Below are positions 38,201 through 43,592 of a stretch of 64,000 nucleotides of DNA, in pieces; position 1 is the first letter of the stretch, and each line of letters opens with the position of its first letter. Source of the DNA: Pirellulales bacterium (GTDB taxonomy: Bacteria; Planctomycetota; Planctomycetia; Pirellulales; JAICIG01). The notes under the pieces are model-generated. The model made no database searches and was not told the DNA's origin. It worked only from the letters and a program-made list of their open reading frames with translations. The stretch is from assembly GCA_035532215.1 (NCBI GenBank), contig DATKRK010000416.1:13183-77182 (forward strand). Direction: 5' to 3'. Both the position numbers and the translations under genes were made by a program.

Positions 38201-41200
38201 CGATTCGGTCACGGGTCAATCGGTCCCAGGCGCGGTGCAGAACTTGAGCACGCTGAACACGGCGCGGCTGACGCCGGGCGCCACGATCGAGAACAACTTG
38301 ATCGTCGGCGGCGGGCAAGGCGGCATCGATTTCCTGGGAGATCCCAATTCCACCTCGGCTGCGCTGGCCGCCGTGCCGTTCGGTCGAATCGTGAACAACA
38401 CGATCTACGGCGCAGCGACGCCGACGGGCATCGGCGTCAACGTAGCGCAGAATGCCAGCCCCACGATTCTCAACAACATTTTCGCCAATCTGGCCACGGG
38501 CGTCAGCGTCGACAACACGTCCGGCACGACCGTCGCCCAGCGTTCGGTCTATCAGAACGACGGCACGAATCTCAGCGGTTCGGTCTTCGGCGGCTCCGAC
38601 GTGAACAGCCTGGCCCTGTCTTCGACGGCGAAGCTCTTCGCCAACGCCGCCGCCGGCAATTTCTATCTGCTGCCCGGTTCGCCCGCCATCGACAGCGCGC
38701 TGAATTCGATCGCCGAGCGCAGCGCCATGCACGCGGCCAAGACCCTGACGGGGATACCCGACTCGCCGATCGAAGCCCCGGCTTACGATTTGTACGGGCA
38801 GTTGCGCACGGCCAACCCGCAAACCACGCCCAACGGCGTGGGCAGCACGCAATTCAAGGATCGCGGCGCCATCGAAGCCGTCGACTTCACCGGCCCGACG
38901 ACGACGTTGGCGAACCCGATCGACAACGGTTCGAACGATCAAGATCCGGCCCTGAACGTCGTTCACGACGTCGGCGTCTCGCTGACCGACTTCGAGATCC
39001 AGTTCAGCGACGCCAATGGCGTCGGCGTCGACGACTCGACCATCGACAGTTCGAAGTTCGTGCTGTATCGAAACGGCACGCTGCTGCAGCCGGGCATCGA
39101 CTATTTCTTCCGCTACGACGTCAACACCAAGACGGCCTTTTTCACGCCCGCCACCGGCACGTGGCTCAACGGCAGCGTCTATACGATCGCCGTCAATAAC
39201 GGCGTTCATTTCGATCCGTTCAATACTTCGACGCCGGCGAATTCGAGCAACGGCGTCAAGGATTTGGCCGGCAACCTGCTGCAGGCGAACTCTTCGACCG
39301 GCTTCACGCGGTACGATATCTTGCTGCAGAGCGCCAGCGGCGACGCGCCTTCGATTGGCGTGCCCGGCGTCCAGAACGTGCCTGAGAACGGCCCAACCGC
39401 CGCGAACTCGCTCGTCTTCAGCAGCGCGAAAGGCAACGCCGTCACCGTGTTCAACATCGATGCGCCGAGCAACCCGGTCGCCGTCACCTTGAGCACCAAC
39501 CAAGGCACGCTGACGCTCGCCGGGGTAAGCGGTCTCAGCGGCGTAAGCGGCAACAATTCGGCCTCGATCTCGTTCACCGGCTCGCTGACCGCCATCGACG
39601 CGGCTTTGAACGGCTTGACGTTCGTCCCGACGACCTACTTCAACGGGTCGGCGGCCATTTCGATCACCGCGACCGACACGGTCCGGAATTTGACCGGTTC
39701 GAACACGGTCAACATCGCCGTGATCCAGGTCAATCAGCCCCCCTATCTCACGCTGCCGCCCAGCCCGTCGATCTCCGAAAACACGGGCGTGATCTTCTCC
39801 ACGGCCAATGGCAACTCCATTACGATGGGCGATGTCGATGCCAACGGCGGCGTCGAGCAGGCGACGCTGACGGTGCTCAACGGCGCGGTCACGCTCGCTG
39901 AGAAGACGGGCCTGACGCTGCTCACGGGCACGGGTTTCGAAGATACGACAGTCACCATCCAGGGTACGTTGGCCGCGATCAACGCCGCCTTCAACGGCTT
40001 GATCTTCACGCCCGCCTTGAACTTCGCCGGCACGGCGTCGATTCAGTTCTCGCTCGACGATTTGGGCAACAGCGGCAACGGCCCGCTTGGGCAGGCCGGC
40101 GTCTACCCGCAAACGTCCTCGTTCACGCTGGAGATCAACGTCACGCCGATCAATCAACCGCCGTACGTCAAGCAGCCGAATCCGCTGAATAACTTGACGG
40201 TCAGCGAGAACGCGCCGCCGTCGGTCATCGACCTGACGCAGGTCATCGGCGATCCGGACACTTCCATTTCGCCGCCCGAGAACTACCCGACCATCTCCGT
40301 GACGAGCAACTCCAACCCGGGCCTGGTCTCGGTGAGCATCGATCCGACCACGCACTTGATGACGTTGACCTACGGCCTCGACCGATTCGGTCAGACGTCG
40401 ATCACGCTCACGGCGGTCGACGCCGGCGGCAACCATCCCTCGCTGACCTATACGTTCAAAGTTACGGTCAACAAGGTGGAACTGCCTCCCCAGACCAACA
40501 ACGACGGTTACGTTTACGCCATCGGCACGCCACTGGTCGTCACGGCGCCGGGCGTGTTGGGCAACGACGTGGAACTCAACCACGAGCCGCTCAAGGCCGT
40601 GTTGTTCAACGTGCCGGCCCACGGCAAGCTGACGCTGAACGCGGACGGCTCGTTCACGTACATTCCCGACGCGGGCTTCGACGGGCGCGATAGTTTCGTC
40701 TACTACGCCGACAACGGCAGCTTCCGCACGGCCGCCACCGTAACGCTGGACAGCCCGACCTCGCAATGGGTGGCTCGCATGTACACCGAAGTGCTCGGCC
40801 GGCCGAGCACCCCGAGCGACGACGAAATCAATAACTGGGTCAGCCAAATCGACCACGGCGAAAGCCGCTCCCAGGTGGCTCAGTTCTTCGTCACCAGCGC
40901 GGAACGGCGCAGCAGAATCATCGACCAATTATATCAAGCCTACTTGGGCCGCGCGGCCGACCCGGCCGGCCTGAATTACTGGCTGAGCGTCTGGGCGGCC
41001 AACAGCGGACCCGAGCAAGTGCAGGCCGGCATTATCGGCTCGCTGGAGTATTTCAACACGGCCGCACGGGAATTGCCCAACCTTTCGCCCGCGGCGGCCT
41101 GGGTCACGAAGCTCTACGAAAACCTCTTGCACCGCGATCCGGGACAGGACGAAGTCGACTATTGGACGACGGTCATTCAGAGCACGTCGCGAGAGGACGT

Positions 41201-41426
41201 GGTGCTGGGCTTCGTCACCAGCGACGAGTATCGCCTGGGCCTGATGCGAGGCATTCCCGACTTCCCCGGCCAACCGAGCTTGCCGGGCTGGTACGAGCAG
41301 TATTTGCACCGTCCGATCGACAATCCGGGCGCCCAATTCTGGCTGGCCCAGATGAAGGCCGGCTACCCGCAAGAAGCCATCCTGGAAGGCATCGTCTCCA
41401 GCGACGAATACTTCAATCGGGCGTAA
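23214..41426 (+). CDS. giant (6,070 aa) multidomain extracellular protein, paralogue 2
   Basis: Uninterrupted 18,213-nt ORF with AGGAGA (23201-23206) 7 nt upstream of ATG 23214. It has the same MGMW start and an Arg/Ser-rich stretch followed by LQLERFEERLLLT. It is collinear with giant 1: an M10-like block with a degenerate zinc motif, a split PPC, at least 9 TFEF-type modules, GDYGG/GDWSG beta-helix blocks (~27175, ~28906), PPC-like domains (~30709-31165 and following), a propeller-like region, SVDGGKTW (33219-33242), PbH1 repeats (~38120-38560), cadherin-like repeats (~39333-40740) and a DUF4214 tail (40759-41423). It also has paralogue-specific cassettes, listed below. Confidence 0.9.
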   Translation: MGMWRSLHPFHSSTPKPSRRSSVKRSSRRRALKRRETNASRAGRRELQLERFEERLLLTAAPQLLSILTNSNDVVFAPNAATQPLTTAPQELDLLFNEGQVIDPATLGGIQIVRAGVDHTLNTADDAPIQPGYVGIGSIPNEVVVRFASTLPDDLYQITLLGTGPDALTNSSNPPVPFSSGNSTQPNQRIDFQIDTAPQVLSVVPEPITRNSDGSLSQATDTIDVYFNKPIQPLPTTINQLDPHLFQLVATQNTADPTDDQVYTPNNVSFDLSTNMAQLTFAAPISSLSTGSFRLRIGDNQPVATGSNAAPVTVPITVGSAGSTFGDANTLTQDPGPYNVGDLNAVSHQLLTGGVIGPVSDLPATATPGGNLGPGLSGIPIDNHVDPNAAQPSGQTHYVPTITYNFPDIYGSVPGNPQLHNVITPAQQQLTREIFQLYSYYYGVQFQEVGSATLGAAELGVVTGVVQSLDQSAPVGLTGIAQAPATPFPVTPLASRGEALAVMNAGIFNTESQYGGPWFMEALRQIGIMLGLTNVNGAPPGTVMGAGGNDPATNAPAEPVFPGNADILHGRYLYQPDSNAINMYKFTVTTPGAFSAETIAQRLTDASGAPDTSLLNTVLTLYNETHVIQLPTTGANPVGSAIVPGSSFTLNDGTSPAVTFAFDNGITPIPAGAVSIPFTASQTAHDVALSLAQAINGYLTTHSLNVSANVEFDRVVLSGPLTVTHSASQGSVAYSVDREIVSRNDDYFGTDSYLKLQLAPGNYYVAVTSTGNANFNPNVPDSGAGGTTTGAYNLRLDFTPTPVSTLTDDGLSLIVPNVPLGGQGGIQNLDKFTISTDSNTSVTFQFVTQGSTPQTGVTAILVSPGATQDQVAQAVATAIANSGLTTLTLRYDGHGQVNLGGSATTTITTSTSALAVWGTATRHVLEGNSDGASGAYNFWFASNDASTIYVDKLSAATADPTLGTIGNPYNTIAGALQAASDRIIAPTGAALATATPQTFVVNDGTYAVTFEFSVNGGAVSAGNIAVSVQSTDTAAQVAQEIYNAILGAEQGGYLTLGPSFAPPATDSDFVDVTGAAFVDVKNAPALLAGTKIVRVVGNIGADNSLGVPINPQPSVSTLAPSGSAGQTFSIAAGTLSLVFEFTQDPTATPGNLLADGNYAVALAPGASAQDIANAMAAAINASPLAQADGGAVAASVTGDAVAFRVNLTGVGQIAINAQNTPSLIAASNAQPYEIGYDQFTHQPLADGGDLNVPQGVTLMIDAGAVFKMEGANLNVGLNSPNIDRSGSALQVLGAPSSSVYFTSFHDNQLGGITDNVTAPSPGDYGGIVFHQHSDLESQGIFLNTVNHANIRYAGGTVIVDGVPAVYNPIYLDGSRPTIDYNTITLSHDAAMSADPNSFQETIFGSSAYDPASINPSIGPYVADYNRTGPDIHGNLLSAVVPGGMAIVTPDASQIIAGETFLVETIDGSGNTSYATFEFTTSSASIVNGKLADGNWAVLFKPGNPAQNIAGDTALQVATDIADAVNAAGIAGVSATVRTVTSSDGTTAQEAVLAGVSKIELPSSRTFNAPTGQSIVDGQTFTIVNPVSGSDTVFEFDNTGAVAAGHVAVPFLASDSATALAGKIAAAINGSSTGVGAIALGNVVMLTSVPNIAVSTTGSVIAGLQSLTVPNGNLLTAGSTFSITNKSNGAITVFEFTTNAASVVNGKLADGNYAIVYASSDQAATIAAAAAAKVNDLGLGFAAIASGANIVLTGLSDFRFASPLSLDSSIVANTVNGLFVRTQNVQGQTPETLDVAARFTATDIVYVISDNLVIQGNPGGPVGSTPRIAGRLAIDPGAIVKLLGARIEVQMGANLIAEGDANQQVVFTSLHDDSFGAGGTFDTDGDNYKLSAPPAVAQPGDWSGIYFAPTSRGSLDYARLAYGGGSSSIAGGTDNFDAIEIRQAQVRIADSTIANNAAGLATTPTRDGLLANDSAAIYVLGAQPTIVNNVLLDNYGAAISINANSLTSDVIPDPGRSTGAIQQYAQFDDNRGPLVRLNRIGNIENRPAINGMLVRGATLDTSSVWDDTDIVHVVENQISVPNVDSRGGLLLESSASQSLVVKLQGDNAGFTATGTPSDIQNRIGGSVQVVGTPGHNVILTSLLDTTAGAGLTPGGQPQNDTNNTGVGTPADTPPTFPPSGGQLTVTPSNNAAALVNSMLLRPLPSGVTVAGTNYVGGATEAGTYINGDGVPLQIPQKGAILTTGIAQIPAQNTSTDFGADLGLPGDPRLSALIGGTPTYDACELTFTVNVDPSSSIKSGIFEFQFGSDEYPEFVGSFNDVLAGFIDGSPTSNFLHDSKGNLVSVNSAFFDINNNVQLPAKSPLNIEYDGMTSGLRASFPLHSGLNTITIAIADALDGILDSGVLMTDLHFSTQSVGAGGVTRAGASSGQWNSITLDQNSNDTNVAVVNEAEPANTGGVDTNGTVATAQNLGVMAPNMKSGDDTERLGFVVNGAISPNAPGDMDMYRFQAQPGTQVWLDIGNTSPGLDTVLELVDANGTVLARSDNSGQEAANPALLQAELPGNLAQTMPADTLLHGLYDPNSAADPALRDLNSTNPYDAGFRLVLPGTLNPSQPLNNYYVRVRSRGADSHYNDLGKGLSSGVYQLQVRLQEQEAFPGSTVQNADIRYATNGIQVIGLPAHSPLIAEAGSSQAAHNTMATAQDLGNLLTTDRNAIGVSGNLSSGTTQDWYKFELNYNLAQVIAGLNSGDKTFATMFDIDYADGLARPNTTLSVFDAAGNLIYVGRDSNIGNDQPLPGQSSTSALTDLTRGSAGQLDPFVGTVQLPAGPTRTYYVAISSDATLPTALNATFVKGAAQPLIRLEPIDSLNRIVEDHIGSQGGQTAQDPKSLTAAFNGNTSSQAGIDQLNSSATPFSLSDVTLFVDQAGNNGHLETVNPFTGQSETDINPVPSSGSGYGDIAMRNDGQLYGFSLGTISAGGGNYNLIDTGTAAINTQGNGGIVTYAFNNANPPVLTANNTGVQINAIAFDQSGGPNNRLLFGVGSYAGGNGVSGFANGLYEFNPNTGAVLGATGNATNPTDPPPKILNLLGGPGGQITGMAYVNGTLYAVTSLGGLFVINNPQGNASATYVGTATALAGVNFTGLTAGPPDVAGGKYASDLFATDASGKLWSFDTAGILQKVFANGAASISLGATNLVGLAFSTLDYNLWHVTNHRGTDAGHGINVAPDQSRDPASANQPQAGNTSFYFGLEAPPSADPNSLNANSQPDAGNYATNPSVYHTYNLPGGAQGSLVSNSFSLSNYTAGDKPTLYFNYFLDTQQASATPADPTGMRDSARVFASVDGGKTWQMLATNDPEVPTSNTDPNGELPSYQSASSNTGSGDPRQQVQQLFDGSGSWRQARVDLGAYAGYSHIQLRFDFSTAGSMGQGLPGDNFGDPTSPQRGQNNAHEGWYVDDITVGFAERGEMVTGATANSTFFTVPQNQNVGAPQQILSGPYQLEIRQGTSYAQTVNPLTPDITLTQSFDTNDRLASGFTIIAPAGSAVTDGETFTVGDGVHTVTFEFDNDNSLQHAGDVAVPFQSSYTQAQMGAAIAAAINANLTLKGVTAGTVDNSVLNLTAPTGASLTDGQTFTVADQSGHSVVFEYDSNGSVQAGHVAVPFALTSTSADVAASISAAISNASSLVGLNVNVIATGSTSLVVVGGVASSTVTGDRVEVYGAAAVSAINAVQGNISVSFNNPSTSTTNVNHGSVSENGGTTSIWVASSAPAGNQTTVTLSAIDLAKAAGINPPLSSNVSFQYNSQSGPSIALTLTGGQPQLVVVTGLPQMGANNQPLADGPQAVELVATAAGYSSNSATIDVTDDPTLLPALGVTIDSPKSIAENSATPIEATITLNTPPLDHDLTVNVQSLNPGAAATPAVVTIPAGQTSATFPITAVDNNVINPGGKQTAVILATAAGYLGGSDTLTVLDDGDGQIPFNSAPTYLPQGPSHIINGQAENVPDPANSGASNPVEGSIETVLANPSNPNVVYVGTVNGGIWKTTDAMAAGGPTWTPLTDNMPSMSIGALQFDPTDATHQTLIAAIGRFSSFAFAGGTLDGLLRSTDGGQTWTQIDPGGFFNGKNLTGVAERGQTIVATDNGFLGGNGGLYVSSDGGATFTTVSGTPNSGLPDGRVTDLVADPNDNNRLYAGVLGSSGGIFTSTDRGQTWNNITPSGLTLNSFPFNDNIRIAVSATAGSPVYFGYVNNGHLANLYRSGDFGTTWQALDLPTTNENGTTEGLQPGAGDENPGGQGVIHFSIAADPTNPDLVYVGGDRQPGPGDGSATFPNSLGALNYSGRLFRGDASKPSGSQWTSLTHVGTASDSAPHADSRHLTFDGNVLLETDDGGIYMRTSPQSSSGDWFSLIGNLQVSELHNIAYDTNTKTIIAGAQDVGTPEQLPGSTTWNDFAQGDGGDVAVDDSNAGYSIRYASYPGLGGFSATTYDANGNQIGQTSYPSLIVNGAGGQDIFQYDVGLPFVTTFKLNAIDPTRMVFGGGSAVYESLDDGNTVTSLGVGGIPGGISGAAMAYGGRIVDQFGNVANNPNVLWVGAGNQVFLRTTAGGPLVQSNYTGGTVTSLAINPNNWQQAFVTDANGHVWMTTDQGASFIDISGPAGGATSFTTLTSDPHSVAFVPGLTSGTLFVGGIDGVYSTPIGSSGASGAWARYGQGLPHVPVYGLEYVPSQQLLVVGTMGRGAFLTNALGASGNLSVTVNGAKQVSDDSNVLTQELTITRNGSSGDLTFSLTSSDPTLASVPATLTIPDGKSLVSVDVTISDSAVAQYPATVVFTASVGGLNSISDSLDVVPNGDDSSGSSTPTDADTPSLTVSIPPGSQVQADTGVNSVVATVTRNSPTTYPLTVYLLSSDPSEASVPATVVIPAGQTSVSFVVGAVDQFAGDLSRLITITAASSGFVSGLDSLTVNPAKHILSYDRLGDPNLLRQQGQVVLQDNKISSSLDYGIVVEAAPRDSVTGQSVPGAVQNLSTLNTARLTPGATIENNLIVGGGQGGIDFLGDPNSTSAALAAVPFGRIVNNTIYGAATPTGIGVNVAQNASPTILNNIFANLATGVSVDNTSGTTVAQRSVYQNDGTNLSGSVFGGSDVNSLALSSTAKLFANAAAGNFYLLPGSPAIDSALNSIAERSAMHAAKTLTGIPDSPIEAPAYDLYGQLRTANPQTTPNGVGSTQFKDRGAIEAVDFTGPTTTLANPIDNGSNDQDPALNVVHDVGVSLTDFEIQFSDANGVGVDDSTIDSSKFVLYRNGTLLQPGIDYFFRYDVNTKTAFFTPATGTWLNGSVYTIAVNNGVHFDPFNTSTPANSSNGVKDLAGNLLQANSSTGFTRYDILLQSASGDAPSIGVPGVQNVPENGPTAANSLVFSSAKGNAVTVFNIDAPSNPVAVTLSTNQGTLTLAGVSGLSGVSGNNSASISFTGSLTAIDAALNGLTFVPTTYFNGSAAISITATDTVRNLTGSNTVNIAVIQVNQPPYLTLPPSPSISENTGVIFSTANGNSITMGDVDANGGVEQATLTVLNGAVTLAEKTGLTLLTGTGFEDTTVTIQGTLAAINAAFNGLIFTPALNFAGTASIQFSLDDLGNSGNGPLGQAGVYPQTSSFTLEINVTPINQPPYVKQPNPLNNLTVSENAPPSVIDLTQVIGDPDTSISPPENYPTISVTSNSNPGLVSVSIDPTTHLMTLTYGLDRFGQTSITLTAVDAGGNHPSLTYTFKVTVNKVELPPQTNNDGYVYAIGTPLVVTAPGVLGNDVELNHEPLKAVLFNVPAHGKLTLNADGSFTYIPDAGFDGRDSFVYYADNGSFRTAATVTLDSPTSQWVARMYTEVLGRPSTPSDDEINNWVSQIDHGESRSQVAQFFVTSAERRSRIIDQLYQAYLGRAADPAGLNYWLSVWAANSGPEQVQAGIIGSLEYFNTAARELPNLSPAAAWVTKLYENLLHRDPGQDEVDYWTTVIQSTSREDVVLGFVTSDEYRLGLMRGIPDFPGQPSLPGWYEQYLHRPIDNPGAQFWLAQMKAGYPQEAILEGIVSSDEYFNRA
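24415..24950 (+). other. M10-like block of giant 2 with the zinc-binding/catalytic motif lost
   Basis: ITYNFPDIYGS...FQLYSYYYGVQFQE...WFMEALRQIGIMLGLTNVNG aligns residue for residue with giant 1 FFAVAMHEIGHALGLGNSYD. The changes are H->R, E->Q and H->I. The motif lies at nt 24771-24818. Confidence 0.7.
29769..30450 (+). other. choice-of-anchor-L-like domain inserted in giant 2 only
   Basis: NNAAALVNSMLL...GVTVAGTNYVGGATEAGTYINGDG...GAILTTG...GLPGDPRLSALIGGTPTYDACELTFTV...FEFQFGSDEYPEFVGSFNDVLAGFIDG matches the choice-of-anchor L signature (F-x-(F/Y)-x-S-(D/E)-E-Y-x-E-(F/Y)-V..FND). Giant 1 goes directly from GLTPGDRPDN... to SPGDWNSVLFDQ at the equivalent point. Confidence 0.6.
35110..37400 (+). 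other. BNR/Asp-box beta-propeller region (sortilin/VPS10-like) inserted in giant 2 only
   Basis: Asp-box motifs (S/T)-x-D-x-G-x-(T/S)-(W/F): STDGGQTW 35499-35522, SSDGGATF 35643-35666, STDRGQTW 35793-35816, SGDFGTTW 35955-35978 and TTDQGASF 37101-37124. It is flanked by Calx-beta-like segments (~34790-35100 and ~37420-38060), e.g. VVTIPAGQTSATFPITAVDNN and PATVVIPAGQTSVSFVVGAVD. Confidence 0.65.
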
Positions 41427-41446
41427 CGTCTTTGGAGGAATTCCGC

Positions 41447-42760
41447 ATGCTTCGCCGATTGCTTGCGGGCGGCTGCTTCATCGGCCTGTTCGCGCTGGCG
41501 CCGCTCGCGACAGCGTCGGCCGACGAACCGGCGGCTTGGGCCGCCGCCCATCTCGATGAGCTGCTGGCGCTCTACAAACACTTTCACCAGCACCCGGAGC
41601 TTTCTCTCGAAGAGCGAGAGACGGCCGCCCGCGTGGCCGATGAATTGCAGGCCGCAGGGGCCCAGGTCACGCGGGGCCTGGGCGGCCACGGGGTCGTGGG
41701 AGTGCTTGCCAACCGAAAAGGGCCCACGGTTCTGATTCGCACCGATTTAGACGCCCTGCCGGTCACCGAGCAGACGGAGCTGACCTACGCCTCGACGGTC
41801 AAGGTCAAGGACGCTCGCGGGACCGAGACCGGCGTCATGCACGCCTGCGGCCACGACATCCACATCACCAGCCTGATCGGCGTGGCCCGCTATCTCAACG
41901 AACATAAAAACCGCTGGCAAGGCACGGTGGTGTTCATCGGCCAACCGGCGGAAGAACGCGGCGAAGGCGCGCTGCAAATGCTCAACGCCGGTCTGTTCGA
42001 GAAGTTTCCCAAGCCCGACTACGCCCTGGCCATGCACGTCGACGCGACCCTGGCCGCCGGCAAGGTCGGCTATCGGGCGGGCTACACGTTGGCCAACGTC
42101 GACAGCGTCGATATCAAGCTGCGCGGCCGCGGCGGGCACGGCGCCTTTCCGCAAACGACGGTCGATCCGATCGTGCAAGCGGCGCGGTTGATTCTCGACC
42201 TGCAAACGATCGTCAGCCGCGAAATCAAGCCCACCGAGCCGGCCGTGGTCACGGTCGGCTCGATCCACGCCGGCACGAAGCACAACATCATCAGCGACGA
42301 ATGCGACTTACAATTGACCGTTCGCAGTTTTTCCGACGAAGTCCGCCAGCACCTGCTCGACGCCATTCGACGCAAGGCTGCGGCGACCGCCGCCAGTTCG
42401 GGCGCCCCGGAACCGACCGTCACGGTGTCGGAAGGCACGCCGGCCATGTTCAACGACGAAAAGCTGGTCGAACGCGTCGTGCCGGTGTTTCAGAAGCTGT
42501 TCGGCGAGGAGCGAGTCGTCCCTTCCGAAGCGTCGATGGGCGGAGAAGATTTCAGCCGCTACGGCCTGGCAGGCGTGCCGATCTTCATGTTCCGCGTCGG
42601 TTCTGTCGACGCCCATCGCCTGGCCGGCTACGAGCGGATCGGCCAGCCGCCGCCCTCGCTGCACTCGGCCGTGTACTACCCCGACCCCGAGCCGACGCTG
42701 GGCGCCGGCGTGACGGCCATGGCTGCGGCCGCGCTGGATTTGTTACAGGTCAAGCCATGA
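41447..42760 (+). CDS. secreted M20D-family amidohydrolase (aminoacylase/hippurate hydrolase-like)
   Basis: GGAGG (41434-41438) lies upstream of ATG 41447. Signal-peptide-like N-terminus MLRRLLAGGCFIGLFALAPLATASA. The motifs HPELSLEE, MHACGHDIH, GQPAEERGEG and RGRGGHGAFP are typical of M20D. The longer ORF-track start (41162) would overlap giant 2. Confidence 0.8.
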   Translation: MLRRLLAGGCFIGLFALAPLATASADEPAAWAAAHLDELLALYKHFHQHPELSLEERETAARVADELQAAGAQVTRGLGGHGVVGVLANRKGPTVLIRTDLDALPVTEQTELTYASTVKVKDARGTETGVMHACGHDIHITSLIGVARYLNEHKNRWQGTVVFIGQPAEERGEGALQMLNAGLFEKFPKPDYALAMHVDATLAAGKVGYRAGYTLANVDSVDIKLRGRGGHGAFPQTTVDPIVQAARLILDLQTIVSREIKPTEPAVVTVGSIHAGTKHNIISDECDLQLTVRSFSDEVRQHLLDAIRRKAAATAASSGAPEPTVTVSEGTPAMFNDEKLVERVVPVFQKLFGEERVVPSEASMGGEDFSRYGLAGVPIFMFRVGSVDAHRLAGYERIGQPPPSLHSAVYYPDPEPTLGAGVTAMAAAALDLLQVKP

Positions 42761-43113
42761 GCGCTGCCGCAGCGCGAAGAATCGCTCCGGGGCTTTTGCT
42801 CTGGCTCGTCGCGTATCTGGCGACGATGGCGGGGTTGGCCGCGGCGCTGGTCTACGTTCGCCGGCAGACGGTCGCTCAACTGAGCAGCCCCAAGGCAATG
42901 GCCGACTGGCAAGCCTGGAAAGCCGAGACCGAGCGGCAAGCCGAGCGGCCCGGCGCATCAGGCCGCCGCCCTGTGCGCAGCGACGAGCCGCCGGCGCTGG
43001 TCTTGCTGCGAGATCACTTCGCGCCGATCATGGCCATGAGCTTGACCGTGGCCACGTTCCTGTTCGGGTTCCTGGCGATGATCTTGCGCGGCGCCGTACG
43101 AGGTTCGAAATGA
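42757..43113 (+). CDS. small membrane protein, hypothetical
   Basis: An ATGA start/stop overlap with the amidohydrolase (ATG 42757, TGA 42758-42760). Two hydrophobic segments: LLLWLVAYLATMAGLAAALVYV and IMAMSLTVATFLFGFLAMIL. Confidence 0.55.
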   Translation: MSAAAARRIAPGLLLWLVAYLATMAGLAAALVYVRRQTVAQLSSPKAMADWQAWKAETERQAERPGASGRRPVRSDEPPALVLLRDHFAPIMAMSLTVATFLFGFLAMILRGAVRGSK

Positions 43114-43592
43114 GCGCCGTGCCTGCCGCAGCCTCCACTTCGCGCCGCGGACCGCCGCCGCCGGTCAGTTGGCGTAGCTGGCCGCTGGAAGAGGGCGGGC
43201 TGTCCGCCTGGCTGCTGTCGGTCCTCGCCGTGACGATCATCGTCGCCTGCGGCTTGACCACGGGCAGCGTGCAGTGGGCGCTCGTCGCCTGCGGCGTGTT
43301 GGCCGCCTCGGCCTGGCGGTTCTTCATCCCCGTGCATCTCGAACTCAACGCCCAAGGCGTGTTCCAGGAAGTTCTAGGCCGGCAACGACGGATCGTTTGG
43401 CGGGCGTTCGAGAGCGGAGAACTGTGCCGCGAAGGCGTGTATTTGCGGTTCGCAGGCGGATCCTTCGCGCTGAACCGCGGGCTCTATCTCCCTTGGGGAA
43501 CGCACCGCGCCGAGGTGATGGCCTTCGTCGATTACTATCTGACGCAAGCCCGGCAGCCTGATCGCCACTACGGATTCGAAATCGGGCGTTGA
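43110..43592 (+). CDS. membrane protein, hypothetical
   Basis: An ATGA overlap with the preceding ORF (ATG 43110, TGA 43111-43113). Two TM-like segments: LSAWLLSVLAVTIIVACGL and WALVACGVLAASAWRFFI. The 3' end overlaps the convergent mtaB-like gene by 25 nt. Confidence 0.5.
   Translation: MSAVPAAASTSRRGPPPPVSWRSWPLEEGGLSAWLLSVLAVTIIVACGLTTGSVQWALVACGVLAASAWRFFIPVHLELNAQGVFQEVLGRQRRIVWRAFESGELCREGVYLRFAGGSFALNRGLYLPWGTHRAEVMAFVDYYLTQARQPDRHYGFEIGR

Noticed and set aside
41162-41446. Long N-terminal extensions offered by the ORF track for the amidohydrolase (41162), dipeptidase (45307), uvrC (49071), DUF1559 protein (58265), M50 protease (60319), acetyltransferase (54735) and others.
   Set aside because: The extensions overlap upstream genes or run through palindromic repeat elements, and they lack homology-like sequence. 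Internal ATGs with RBS-like motifs give canonical family N-termini (a signal peptide, GIY-YIG, the Mac domain and so on).
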